Made by a program: the position numbers and the translations under genes. DNA of 64,000 nucleotides, taken from assembly GCA_033764955.1 (NCBI GenBank), contig JANRIL010000040.1:74524-138523 (forward strand), written 5' to 3'. Positions 52,065-62,054 of this stretch are shown here, one piece after another (position 1 is the first letter of the stretch; each line of letters starts with the position of its first letter). Below the pieces are notes generated by a model. The model made no database searches. It was not told where the DNA came from and saw nothing but the letters and a program-made list of their open reading frames with translations. Source of the stretch: Cyanobacteriota bacterium. Its GTDB lineage: Bacteria > Cyanobacteriota > Cyanobacteriia > Thermostichales > Thermostichaceae.

Positions 52065-52646
52065 ATGGTACATGCCTCTAAGACTGTGTTAGTAGCTCAG
52101 CAACTATCTGAGCAGGCTAATCTCTGGAAGGACGTTCTGGAATCTCAGTCTTGCCAGGTGATTTTTAATCCTCCTCAGCCCGACCTTTTGAACGTTGCGG
52201 CTGCCTACAACTTAGACCTGATGATCGTAGATATGACCACTGGGCTATTCAATCCCTATGCCCTTTGTCGAGAAAGCCGTACTCGCTTTCCTCAGGTGCC
52301 GATCGTCCTCACCCATCAGGTGCAGCGGCAGATTGAGCCAGCCGAGCAGCGTTGGGCTATCTATCAGGGGGCAGCGGAAGTCGTACCTGGACTTTCGGAT
52401 GCTGCCGATATTCTTGAGGCATTGGGGCGAGTGTTTCGCGCCATAGGCTGGCCTGCGGTTGATAGTGAAAAACTTTACGCCAAGCTGGAGAAAATTGGAT
52501 TATGGCCTCGCCCTCAAGATTGGGTAAAAGAAATCCCTCCTCCTGTCAAGGCTGACCCCCCTCCTCCCCCTAAATCAAATCCCGTGTTGGTCAGCGATCA
52601 GGCTAAATATCAAGTCCTCTACCGAGGTCGTCCTGTTAAGTCCTGA
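52065..52646 (+). CDS. Atypical receiver-domain protein
   Basis: DLMIVDM..PIVLT receiver-like fold lacking the N-terminal acidic pair; Pro-rich tail ending YRGRPV. Confidence 0.65.
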   Translation: MVHASKTVLVAQQLSEQANLWKDVLESQSCQVIFNPPQPDLLNVAAAYNLDLMIVDMTTGLFNPYALCRESRTRFPQVPIVLTHQVQRQIEPAEQRWAIYQGAAEVVPGLSDAADILEALGRVFRAIGWPAVDSEKLYAKLEKIGLWPRPQDWVKEIPPPVKADPPPPPKSNPVLVSDQAKYQVLYRGRPVKS

Positions 52647-52757
52647 CGATTCTCAAGCGCAACTAGGGGAAAGTGGCAGGGGATCCCTAGCGTGAGCTAG
52701 CTTGAATATCCCCTACTGAATAGGGGCAGATTCCATACGTTTCTTGGTCACAACGGC

Positions 52758-53777
52758 ATGAATCCCCCTGATCCCAACGCCCTCAGCGTTACGTTTTTGG
52801 GCACAAGCTCTGGGGTTCCCACTCGCCAGCGTAACGTTTCTGCTTTGGCTCTTCAGCTACCTCAACGGGCGGAAACTTGGCTTTTAGACTGTGGGGAAGC
52901 CACCCAGCACCAAATCCTCCGCCATCCTGATCTGAATGCCAGCCAGATTCGTCGTATTTTTATCACCCACATGCACGGGGATCACATCTACGGCCTGCCG
53001 GGATTGTTAGCCACCTGTGGCATGAGTGGCCGACCGGAGGCCATGGATATTTATGGTCCACCCGGTTTAGAGGACTATCTCAAAGGGGTCATCCGCTACA
53101 GTGATACCCATCTCCACTACCCCATCCAGGTGCATACGGTGGAAACGGGCTTGATCTTGCAGGAGGCGGAATATTCGGTTTACTGTGCTCCGTTGGATCA
53201 TCGCGTCGTCGCTTTTGGCTATCGGATTGTTGAGCATGACCGCACCGGATCCTTTGATGTGGCCAAGGCGGAGGCGCATGGCATCCCATTTGGTCCTCTC
53301 TACGGACGCTTGAAGGCGGGCGAACAGGTGACGCTGCCAGATGGTCGCATCCTGGATGGGCGAGATTATGTCGGATCCCCCCAGATCGGGCGAAAACTAG
53401 CCTATTGCACCGACACCACCTATTGCCGAAATGCGGTGGATCTGGCGCGAGCTGCCGACCTGCTGATTCACGAAGCCACCTATGCCCAGGTGGATCTGGC
53501 ACTCGCGCAACGCAGCAAACATTCCACCGCTATGATGGCCGCTCAAGTAGCAGCAGAGGCCAAAGCCCAAACCCTAATCCTGACCCACTTTAGCCCCCGC
53601 TATCACAAAGAGGCGGCGATCACCCTGGAGGATCTACAAGCGGAGGCTCAAACCCTCTTTCCCCACACCCTGATCGCGCAGGATCGGCTCACCTACCCGG
53701 TTCCCCGCCGTTTGCCCCCTCAGCCAGTCACCAGTTTAGCCACAGATCCCTCTGGCAAACGTTCGCAAATCTTTTAA
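52758..53777 (+). CDS. rnz: Ribonuclease Z
   Basis: FLGTSSGVPT, THMHGDH, HEAT, THFSPRY. Confidence 0.95.
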   Translation: MNPPDPNALSVTFLGTSSGVPTRQRNVSALALQLPQRAETWLLDCGEATQHQILRHPDLNASQIRRIFITHMHGDHIYGLPGLLATCGMSGRPEAMDIYGPPGLEDYLKGVIRYSDTHLHYPIQVHTVETGLILQEAEYSVYCAPLDHRVVAFGYRIVEHDRTGSFDVAKAEAHGIPFGPLYGRLKAGEQVTLPDGRILDGRDYVGSPQIGRKLAYCTDTTYCRNAVDLARAADLLIHEATYAQVDLALAQRSKHSTAMMAAQVAAEAKAQTLILTHFSPRYHKEAAITLEDLQAEAQTLFPHTLIAQDRLTYPVPRRLPPQPVTSLATDPSGKRSQIF

Positions 53778-53930
53778 GATCGATGCTATCGATATGCCTA
53801 TCTCCCCCTAGTCCCGCTTGCCCCCAGACAAAATTTCTCAGATTCTACGGGCATCCCTTCCGTTTCGCCACCCCTTTTGCCCACCCTTGCCCATCGCTAA
53901 CATGAAGTTATTCAGTGAGTAGAACCCCCG

Positions 53931-54803
53931 ATGACGGATCCCAAACCTTTTCCTGAACGCCCCAAATATCCCCCCAAGACCGAGCAACTGGATCAAGCCG
54001 AGTGGCAAACCTTTAGCGCCCTACCGCCGCCTCTGCCCAAAATAGGGATCCCCCAGCCGGAGGTGTCCACTCCCCCCAAAACCAGCACCCAAAGCCAAGC
54101 AGCGGCGGTGGCTACCGGAGTTAAGTTGGCAACCTGGCAAAAACGGCTAGGCTCCTTTGCCCTCGATTTTGGTATTGGACTGGGGGCAGCTTATTTAGCC
54201 CAAGGGGTGGCTGCTCTGTTTGGGGCGGGGGGGGGAGCCGTCGATATGGTGGGCTATGGGGCTTTTTTTGCCGCCTGGTTGGCTAATCGTGGCTATTTAC
54301 AATCCCGACCTGAGGGACAAAGCATCGGCAAGTGGTTGCTCAACATCAAAACCATTGACACGGAAACGGAACAATCTCCTCATGTGATCCGCTCAGTGGC
54401 TCGTGAGGGAGTTTTGTCGGTGCTGATTTTGACGGAAGCATTGGTTGTGCCACTGGCTGCCGATGCGCTGTTTGCCCTCTTTGACAAAGAAAAACGGCAG
54501 TCTCTGCATGATCGGGCGGGGCGCACGCAGGTGGTGGAAGCAGAAACTGGCTTTCATTTGGATGAAAAAGCCGTCAAATTATTACAGGAAATGGTGCAGG
54601 GAGAGGCCACCGCCGATGTCAAACAAGCCCTGACAGACCTGCTGGCGCAAGCCAAACGGAACGATACAGTGGCCGATTTGTCTGACCAATTGGAGCGTCT
54701 ACGCAAGGAAATGGATCAAAATACCCGCCATCTTCGCCAACAATCTGGTAAACAAGCCCAAACATGGGTTGATGCCGTCAAGAAAAAGTTGGATAATGAA
54801 TGA
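53931..54803 (+). CDS. RDD-family membrane protein with a C-terminal coiled coil
   Basis: KRLGSFALD, GQSIGKWLL, RQSLHDRAGRTQVV. Confidence 0.8.
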   Translation: MTDPKPFPERPKYPPKTEQLDQAEWQTFSALPPPLPKIGIPQPEVSTPPKTSTQSQAAAVATGVKLATWQKRLGSFALDFGIGLGAAYLAQGVAALFGAGGGAVDMVGYGAFFAAWLANRGYLQSRPEGQSIGKWLLNIKTIDTETEQSPHVIRSVAREGVLSVLILTEALVVPLAADALFALFDKEKRQSLHDRAGRTQVVEAETGFHLDEKAVKLLQEMVQGEATADVKQALTDLLAQAKRNDTVADLSDQLERLRKEMDQNTRHLRQQSGKQAQTWVDAVKKKLDNE

Positions 54804-54849
54804 TTGCACTGCGCTCTGACGCGATTCATTTTGTTACGGACTTTTTCTT

Positions 54850-55044
54850 ATGGCTAAAGCTAAAGGTGCCCGCCTTGTCATCACCCTGGAATGCACAGAG
54901 TGCCGCACTAACCTGGATAAGCGATCCCCTGGGGTGAATCGTTATGCCACTACCAAAAATCGGCGAAATACAACTCAGCGCATTGAGTTGAGCAAGTTTT
55001 GCCCCCATTGCAACAAGCACACGGTTCACAAAGAGATCAAGTAG
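54850..55044 (+). CDS. rpmG: 50S ribosomal protein L33
   Basis: LECTEC...[16 protein letters not shown]. Confidence 0.97.
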   Translation: MAKAKGARLVITLECTECRTNLDKRSPGVNRYATTKNRRNTTQRIELSKFCPHCNKHTVHKEIK

Positions 55045-55172
55045 TCGATCCAGTAACTGAGATCCAAATCATCGTCTGGCATCAGGCTTGTGTTGGTAAT
55101 TTGCCAGATATACTTTTTTCCGGTTGATCTCGATGCCCACTCCATTCTCTGTCCTTTATCCCCACATAATCC

Positions 55173-55391
55173 ATGTCAACTTTCATGCGTAAACGGATGT
55201 CTCCTGTTAAACCTGGGGATCCGATTGATTACAAAGACATTGAATTGCTCAAAAAATTTGTTACCGAGCGGGGCAAGATCCTGCCGCGCCGTATCACGGG
55301 TTTAACCGCCAAACAACAACGAGATCTCACCTATGCCATCAAGCGGGCACGGGTGGTGGGCTTGCTGCACTTTGTCAACAAAGAGGGTTAA
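55173..55391 (+). CDS. rpsR: 30S ribosomal protein S18
   Basis: [23 protein letters not shown]. Confidence 0.97.
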   Translation: MSTFMRKRMSPVKPGDPIDYKDIELLKKFVTERGKILPRRITGLTAKQQRDLTYAIKRARVVGLLHFVNKEG

Positions 55392-55409
55392 CCCCTAGAA
55401 GGGATCCCG

Positions 55410-56438
55410 ATGGGGCTGTCTGCGACACTGCAATCCCGATTGGCTAGTCCGTTACGGATTGGCAACTTTTCTTTGAACAGTCGGGTTTTTCAGGCTCCTC
55501 TCTCTGGGGTGACTGACCAAGTTTTTCGTCAGTTGGTTCGTCGCTATGCCCCCACTAGCATGGTCTATACCGAGATGGTCAATGCCACCGGACTGCACCA
55601 TGCCAAAGCCCTACCGCACCTTATGGAATTGGCTCCCCAGGAAAATCCCGTCGGGATCCAACTGTTTGATTGTCGGCCCGATTTTTTGGCAGAAGCCGCT
55701 CGTATGGCGGTGGATGAAGGAGCCGACTTAGTGGACATCAACATGGGCTGCCCAGTCAATAAAATCACCAAAAATGGCGGTGGCTCTTCCCTATTGCGGG
55801 ATCCTGATACGGCGGCGCGGATTGTCGAATCGGTGGCGAAGGCGGTGTCGGTGCCTGTGACAGTGAAAACCCGTCTGGGCTGGTCGAGTCAAGAAATCAA
55901 CATTGTGCCGTTTGCCCATCGTCTGCAAGAAGCTGGAGCGCAATTGTTAACCCTGCACGGACGCACCCGTGCCCAAGGATTTAGTGGACAAGCTCAATGG
56001 GCATGGATTGCCCAGGTGAAACAGGCCCTGGGGATCCCGGTGATCGCCAATGGCGATATCTTTTCCGTAGAAGCGGCAGTGCGCTGCCTGGAAATAACGG
56101 GAGCCGATGGGGTGATGTGTTCCCGCGCCACAATGGGCTACCCCTTTTTGGTAGGCGAGATTGACCACTTTCTCAAGACGGGATCCCTGTTGCCTACCCC
56201 CACCCCTCGCCAACGCTTGCAAGTGGCACTCGATCATCTGCAAGGGCTATGGGCGCATAAAGGGCTATCAGGGATCCGGCAAGCCCGCAAGCACATGACT
56301 TGGTATGCCAAAGACTTTCCAGGAGCCGCCACTTTCCGCGCTCAACTGTGTCAGATGGAAAGCATAGCGGAGGGAACGCAAATCCTCCAACAGGCCATGG
56401 ATCACTGTCAAGAGAAAGAACCAGCCTGGCTTCCTTGA
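55410..56438 (+). CDS. dusB: tRNA dihydrouridine synthase DusB
   Basis: APLSGVTD, DINMGCP, LHGRT, IANGDI. Confidence 0.9.
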   Translation: MGLSATLQSRLASPLRIGNFSLNSRVFQAPLSGVTDQVFRQLVRRYAPTSMVYTEMVNATGLHHAKALPHLMELAPQENPVGIQLFDCRPDFLAEAARMAVDEGADLVDINMGCPVNKITKNGGGSSLLRDPDTAARIVESVAKAVSVPVTVKTRLGWSSQEINIVPFAHRLQEAGAQLLTLHGRTRAQGFSGQAQWAWIAQVKQALGIPVIANGDIFSVEAAVRCLEITGADGVMCSRATMGYPFLVGEIDHFLKTGSLLPTPTPRQRLQVALDHLQGLWAHKGLSGIRQARKHMTWYAKDFPGAATFRAQLCQMESIAEGTQILQQAMDHCQEKEPAWLP

Positions 56439-56546
56439 GCTGCCGATGGCGACTTCAAAAGATTTGATGGATCCTATCTCAATCCTTCGAGGCTGAGAGG
56501 AATGCGGTAAAATTTAACCTATTGTCTAGCTTGTATTGGCACCCTC

Positions 56547-57788
56547 ATGATCCACGAAATCTCCATGCCGGCACTGAGTTCCACGATGGAAGTGGGAAAG
56601 ATTGTTGCTTGGCACAAATCTGCCGGTGATCGGATCGAAAAGGGAGAGAACATCCTCGTGGTGGAGTCTGATAAAGCAGACATGGATGTGGAATCGTTTT
56701 ATAGCGGCATCTTAGCCAGTATTGTAGTCCCGGCGGGGGAATCTGCTCCCGTAGGGGCGGCTATTGCCTTGGTTGCCGAAACAGAAGCCGAAGTGGCACA
56801 AGCCCAAGCGCGAGTCAGCCACCTCAAGCCCACAGAGGATCCCAAACCCGCCGCTGTCGCGGTTGCTCCCGTTTCTCTCGCCGCTCCTGCCCCCGTGGCC
56901 CCCCCCTCCAGTCGGAACGGAGATCGAATTTTAGTTTCTCCTTTAGCCAAGCGTCGCGCCAGTGAACTGGGGGTGGATCTGACTCAGGTTCAAGGCAGTG
57001 GTCCGCAAGGGCGGATTGTCGAACTGGATGTGGAAAAGGCTGCTCTGGCACAACCGACTGCCAAAACGGCACCCCCGATAGCTCCAGCTGCGTCTCCCCC
57101 TGCCTCTGCGCCTTTGGGAGAAACGGTTCCCCTCACCACCCTGCAAGCGGCTGTCGTTCGCAACATGAATCTCAGCCTGAATGTGCCAGTTTTTCGGGTT
57201 GGCTATACGATCACTACTTCTGCCCTTGATGATCTTTACAAACAGGTCAAGGTCAAGGGGGTAACCATGACGGCGCTTCTAGCTAAAGCAGTCGCCACTG
57301 CCCTCAGCCAACACCCTTTGGTAAATGCCGCCTACACAGAAGCTGGCATTCATTACAAACCGGACATTCACATTGCGGTGGCGGTAGCGATGGAGGATGG
57401 CGGGTTAATTACCCCTGTGCTGCGCCATGCGCAGCAGCTTGATCTCTACGAACTATCCCGTCAGTGGAAAGATTTGGTGGATCGCGCTCGCCGCAAGCAA
57501 CTGCAACCGGAAGAATATAACAGTGGAACCTTTACTATCTCCAACCTTGGCATGTTTGGGGTGGATCGATTTGACGCCATTCTTCCCCCCGGTCAGTCAG
57601 CTATTTTGGCCGTAGGAGCCTCTCAGCCCCGCGTCATCGCCACGCCTGAGGGAGCTATTGCCGTGAAATCTCAGATGCAGGTCAACCTCACTTGTGACCA
57701 TCGGGTTGTCTATGGCGCTCACGCCGCTGCCTTTCTACAAACTCTGGCCGAGATTGTAGAACGAAAAACCCAGTCCCTCACCCTCTAG
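56547..57788 (+). CDS. pdhC: Pyruvate dehydrogenase E2 (dihydrolipoamide acetyltransferase)
   Basis: Lipoyl motif VESDKADM, E3-binding GSGPQGRI, DHRVVYG. Confidence 0.93.
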   Translation: MIHEISMPALSSTMEVGKIVAWHKSAGDRIEKGENILVVESDKADMDVESFYSGILASIVVPAGESAPVGAAIALVAETEAEVAQAQARVSHLKPTEDPKPAAVAVAPVSLAAPAPVAPPSSRNGDRILVSPLAKRRASELGVDLTQVQGSGPQGRIVELDVEKAALAQPTAKTAPPIAPAASPPASAPLGETVPLTTLQAAVVRNMNLSLNVPVFRVGYTITTSALDDLYKQVKVKGVTMTALLAKAVATALSQHPLVNAAYTEAGIHYKPDIHIAVAVAMEDGGLITPVLRHAQQLDLYELSRQWKDLVDRARRKQLQPEEYNSGTFTISNLGMFGVDRFDAILPPGQSAILAVGASQPRVIATPEGAIAVKSQMQVNLTCDHRVVYGAHAAAFLQTLAEIVERKTQSLTL

Positions 57789-58042
57789 ATGGCGCGATCA
57801 TCGATCCCCAATCCGATGGATGCTAAAAGGGATCCCTCTTTCCCCAGAAGGATCCCCATCGCAGGCAAACACGGTTAGATGGCAACGAACTAAAGTAACC
57901 CTGACAAGAGAGCGGAATCGTCTGCTTAGGGATAAACTACATCCGGTAAAAACAGCTTGGCTTGAGAACGGAGCCACCAGCAATAGGGTGACACCAACAT
58001 CAGCCAATGAATCATTCCCTCCGGTTAGTTCAGAGGGATCCC

Positions 58043-58432
58043 TTAACTTTCGTCGATTACCTTGCCATTCAGCAGTTGTTTCAGATGAATGTGCTTATAT
58101 CCCAGGAGAATTTCAAACTCATCTCCGGGAGAAAGATTCATCTTCTCAGTGTAAGCCGCTCCGATAATCAACTGGCCATTTTTGTGAACACTCACTCGAA
58201 AAGTGGGTTCCCGTCCCCGCCGATCTTGACTGGAACCGGGAGACAAGGGTACACCTTTTGCCGCCAGAACCGCATCGTAGAAGTCGGTTAAATTGACGCG
58301 AGTCTTGTTGGTCTTTGTTTTGGTAACATAACCACATCTTTTAGCAGTTTCACGGCGAGATAGATGGGATAGAGACTCAACTTTTTGCAGAAGAGCCTTA
58401 CCCGTTAGTGGCTGGGCTGGAATATCAGACAT
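58043..58432 (-). CDS. Cyanobacterial AbrB-like regulator (cyAbrB2/CalB type)
   Basis: LTGKALL..RRETAKRCGY..NLTDFYDAVLAA..PGDEFEI.LGYKHIHL. Confidence 0.88.
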   Translation of the reverse strand: MSDIPAQPLTGKALLQKVESLSHLSRRETAKRCGYVTKTKTNKTRVNLTDFYDAVLAAKGVPLSPGSSQDRRGREPTFRVSVHKNGQLIIGAAYTEKMNLSPGDEFEILLGYKHIHLKQLLNGKVIDES

Positions 58433-58942
58433 ATAACTCTTAAACAGATTTCTTTTCTAAATAATAGCCCCAAATGGGTAGTTTGCAATGACTTTGAGCC
58501 AGACTAAATTTTTTATTCCTGAACTCTTGCTGCCGATCATCTGCTTGAGCAATATTACCAAATCATCTGATCAGGTTGCGATGGCCGAACCATAGGTTTT
58601 CAGTGGGGCAAGTTGACCAATAGGTGGGGGATCCTATTTATCCCTCTGCGGGGGATCCTATAGATCTATTTCCATTCCGATACCCCAGCATTCCGTATCA
58701 AAAAACAAGGGTCAGACTGCTCGCTTCATCTGCCAGCGAGGGATCCGGAAAAGTTCTGGTTTTGCCTCAGTAACGGGGTTTTTGACTGGCTCAACCCCCC
58801 TCGATAGAGCTTTGGCAGAGCCAGGGATCCGAGAAAAATTTTGCCTCCTGAGAAAGCTGAGATCAGGACAGTCGAGGGGTGACTTAAGCCAGGTATGACC
58901 TGCCTTTCATCATGTTAGAATCTTTATCTTCCACCATTCGGT

Positions 58943-59932
58943 ATGTCAGCAATAGAAGCCCCATTTACATTAGATCAGCTCTTGATTGTTCGCACGATTG
59001 CTCAGCAAGGAAGTTTTCGCCGTGCCGCCGACGCCTTATACGTTTCTCAGCCTGCTATTAGCCTGCAAATCCAAAACTTAGAGCGGCAATTGGGGGTAAC
59101 CCTGTTTGATCGGGGGGGCAGAAGAGTTCAGTTGACCGAGGCGGGACAAGTGTTGGTGGGATATTGTGAGCGAATTTTGAATTTATGTCAGGAAGCTACG
59201 CGGGCGCTAGCAGAATTGCAAGAGATGAAACGGGGGAGTTTGACACTAGGAGCCAGTCAGACGGTCGGAACTTATGTGATGCCCCCCTTGATTGGTCAGT
59301 TTTGCCAGTCTTATCCACAAATTTCCGTGCAACTTTTGGTGCAATCCACTCGCCGGATTGCCCACAAATTGGTTCATGGAGAATTGGACTTAGCCATTGT
59401 GGGTGGGGAAATTCCTTTTGATTTACAGGGTAGTCTCACCATTATTCCGTTTGCTCAAGATGAGTTTGTTTTGGTGAGAGCCGTGCCATCTGTGATAGGG
59501 CTGCCGGAGGAGGTCTTGCAGATTCGTGATTTATTGCTGTTGCCCTTTATCGCCCTCGATTCCCAATCCTCCACCCGCCATACCCTCGATCGGGTATTGG
59601 AGCGGTATGGCATCAATCCAGCAGCCTTGCAGGTCAAAATGGAGTTGAGTTCCCTGGAGGCCATCAAAAATGCTGTGCAGGCGGGACTGGGGGTAACATT
59701 TCTCTCGTTGATGGCCGTGGGGCGGGAGCTAGAGCGGCAAAGCCTGCAGCGGCTAGAAGTGGAAGGGCTACAAATCAAGCGCACCCTCTGGTTAGCGTTT
59801 AATCCCGACCGCTATCAGTCTCAAGCGGCACAAATCTTTCGACAAGGACTGTTGCAGCAGCAGGATTGGGTCAAGACCCCGCTTCCCCATCTGGAGCGTT
59901 TGCCTGGGGCGGGATCCTCCGTGGGGGGATGA
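58943..59932 (+). CDS. LysR regulator, RbcR/Ycf30-like
   Basis: PFTLDQL..GSFRRAADALYVSQPAISLQIQNLE, GASQTVGTY. Confidence 0.88.
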   Translation: MSAIEAPFTLDQLLIVRTIAQQGSFRRAADALYVSQPAISLQIQNLERQLGVTLFDRGGRRVQLTEAGQVLVGYCERILNLCQEATRALAELQEMKRGSLTLGASQTVGTYVMPPLIGQFCQSYPQISVQLLVQSTRRIAHKLVHGELDLAIVGGEIPFDLQGSLTIIPFAQDEFVLVRAVPSVIGLPEEVLQIRDLLLLPFIALDSQSSTRHTLDRVLERYGINPAALQVKMELSSLEAIKNAVQAGLGVTFLSLMAVGRELERQSLQRLEVEGLQIKRTLWLAFNPDRYQSQAAQIFRQGLLQQQDWVKTPLPHLERLPGAGSSVGG

Positions 59933-59961
59933 GGGATCCCTTGCCCGTCGCTAAGCGCAGG

Positions 59962-61518
59962 CTAGACGGAAGTCGAGCGATCCAAACTGCGATACTGAAT
60001 GGCTTCGGCAATATGGCTGGCTTGAATCTGGGGAGACTGGCTGAGATCGGCAATGGTGCGAGCCACTTTCAACATCCGGTCACTACCTCTAGCGGACAAG
60101 CCCAGTTTACGGATCGCCCCTTCCAAAATCTTTTGACAGGCGGCATCCAGATGACACCACTCTCGAATCTGTGCTGATTGCATGTGGGCATTGCAGGAGA
60201 TGGTGGGATCCCCTTGAAAGCGTTGCTGCTGAATGTGGCGGGCTTGCATGACCCGTTCCCTGACCTGTTGGGAAGATTCTCCGGTACGGGAGGTAACAAT
60301 CTCTTCCGGCTTGAGGCGGTTCACCCGTACATGCAAATCAATGCGATCCAAAAGAGGGCCAGATAACTTCGCCCAATAGGTTTCTCGCTTTTGGACGGTG
60401 CAGGTACAGGGATGGACGGGATCCCCATAAAACCCACAGGGGCAGGGATTGGTGGAGGCCACCAGCATCGATTGGGCGGGAAACTCTAGGGAGAGTTTGG
60501 CACGGGAGATAGTGACCACCCCCTCCTCAAGGGGCTGGCGTAACACCTCCAGCACTTCTCGCTTAAATTCTGTGAGTTCGTCGAGATAAAGAGTCCCCTT
60601 GTGCGCCAGAGAAATTTCCCCTGGCTTGGGATAGGATCCTCCCCCCACTAGAGCCACCGAGGAGGCGGAATGGTGGGGAGCACGAAAAGGACGCTCAGTG
60701 ATGAGACGGGTTTCTCCGCTGGTTTGGGATCCCTGCCGCAGCAATCCTGCCGCCGAATAGATTTGGGTAATCTCTAGAACTTCCTCCCAATGCAAGGGGG
60801 GGAGGATGCTGGGTAATCGTTTAGCCAGCATGGTTTTGCCCGCACCGGGACTTCCCACCAATAAAAGATTATGATCTCCGGCGGCGGCGACCTCCAGGGC
60901 ACGGCGAGCGTGTTCCTGCCCCTTCACATCCGCTAGATCCAAGCAGGCTCGGGGTGGCGTCTGGTGCAAGATCTGCTGGCTATCCACCCGTAGCGGGCTA
61001 AATCGGCTGGGATCGTGCAAATACTCCACCACCTGCGCCAAACTGGCTAGACCATAAACCGCCAGACCTGCCACAACCCCGCCTTCTAAAGCATTGGCTG
61101 CCGGAACCACCAAGCAACGATACCCCATCCGTTCCGCCGCCGCCGCGATGGGCAATACCCCCGCCACAGAACGCAAACTGCCATCCAGAGAGAGTTCTCC
61201 CAGAAAAAGGGTTTGCTCAAGAGCCGCTAGCGGAATCTGCTGGGCAGCAGCCAGGATGCCTAAGGCAATCGGCAGGTCAAAACTGGGTCCTTCTTTTTTG
61301 AGATCGGCAGGGGCAAGGTTAATGATAATCTTGCGTTGCGGCAGAGCCAAACCGGAATTTTTGATGGCCGCCCGCACCCGTTCTTTGCTTTCCTGGACGG
61401 CACTGTCGGGCAATCCAACCAAGACCATCTGGGGTAGCCCGCCGCCAATATCCACCTCGACAGTAATCGGGATCCCTTTTAGCCCCAGCAGGGTTGCGGA
61501 TGTGACTTGTGCAAACAT
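59962..61518 (-). CDS. comM: ComM/YifB Mg-chelatase-like AAA+ ATPase
   Basis: GLPDSAVQESKER, GSPGAGKT, PFRAPHH, STNPCPCG, SGPLLDRID. Confidence 0.92.
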   Translation of the reverse strand: MFAQVTSATLLGLKGIPITVEVDIGGGLPQMVLVGLPDSAVQESKERVRAAIKNSGLALPQRKIIINLAPADLKKEGPSFDLPIALGILAAAQQIPLAALEQTLFLGELSLDGSLRSVAGVLPIAAAAERMGYRCLVVPAANALEGGVVAGLAVYGLASLAQVVEYLHDPSRFSPLRVDSQQILHQTPPRACLDLADVKGQEHARRALEVAAAGDHNLLLVGSPGAGKTMLAKRLPSILPPLHWEEVLEITQIYSAAGLLRQGSQTSGETRLITERPFRAPHHSASSVALVGGGSYPKPGEISLAHKGTLYLDELTEFKREVLEVLRQPLEEGVVTISRAKLSLEFPAQSMLVASTNPCPCGFYGDPVHPCTCTVQKRETYWAKLSGPLLDRIDLHVRVNRLKPEEIVTSRTGESSQQVRERVMQARHIQQQRFQGDPTISCNAHMQSAQIREWCHLDAACQKILEGAIRKLGLSARGSDRMLKVARTIADLSQSPQIQASHIAEAIQYRSLDRSTSV

Positions 61519-61583
61519 GCCGTTTTATAGAGAAAAACCAGGGGAAACCCCCTGTAAGCGTTTGTTTTGCGTTGGATCTTGAA

Positions 61584-61931
61584 TTAAGTAGAAGGCTGGG
61601 GAGCTAACTCCATTTCTACTGCCATTTTATCCATTTTGAGGGGGCAATTTTGCTCTAAGCAACGGGGGGAATCCACCACTACCTGCATGAAGACCATGAC
61701 TTCCCGCGCAATCTGAGCCTGCAAATCTTGATCCGATTGAATCGCCTCCAACGTATAGAGGGATCCCTGAAAGCTATTGGCATAACGGGGTCGCAACTGA
61801 TTGAGCACCAAAGCCGCCACATCGGTGCGAAACTTCTCGCAGGAGCAAAATCGTTCTTGGCTGTCCAGCATCAAAATATCGTTGATGGCCTCCAGAACGG
61901 CACGCTCCATTTGATTTTCTAGTAGTGTCAT
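61584..61931 (-). CDS. ComFB-family protein
   Basis: N.ME..V, CSCEKFRTDVAALVLNQLRPRY..SPR pattern. Confidence 0.75.
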   Translation of the reverse strand: MTLLENQMERAVLEAINDILMLDSQERFCSCEKFRTDVAALVLNQLRPRYANSFQGSLYTLEAIQSDQDLQAQIAREVMVFMQVVVDSPRCLEQNCPLKMDKMAVEMELAPQPST

Positions 61932-62054
61932 AGCGATTGCCCTTGGTGTGGACGGTTGCGGGATCGGTTTTAGGAGTTAGGAAAACTATCATCCGGTTAC
62001 CCCATCCCAGCAAGGATGAGATCGTTTGGTAGTATACAAGCCTTCCCTGGCAGT

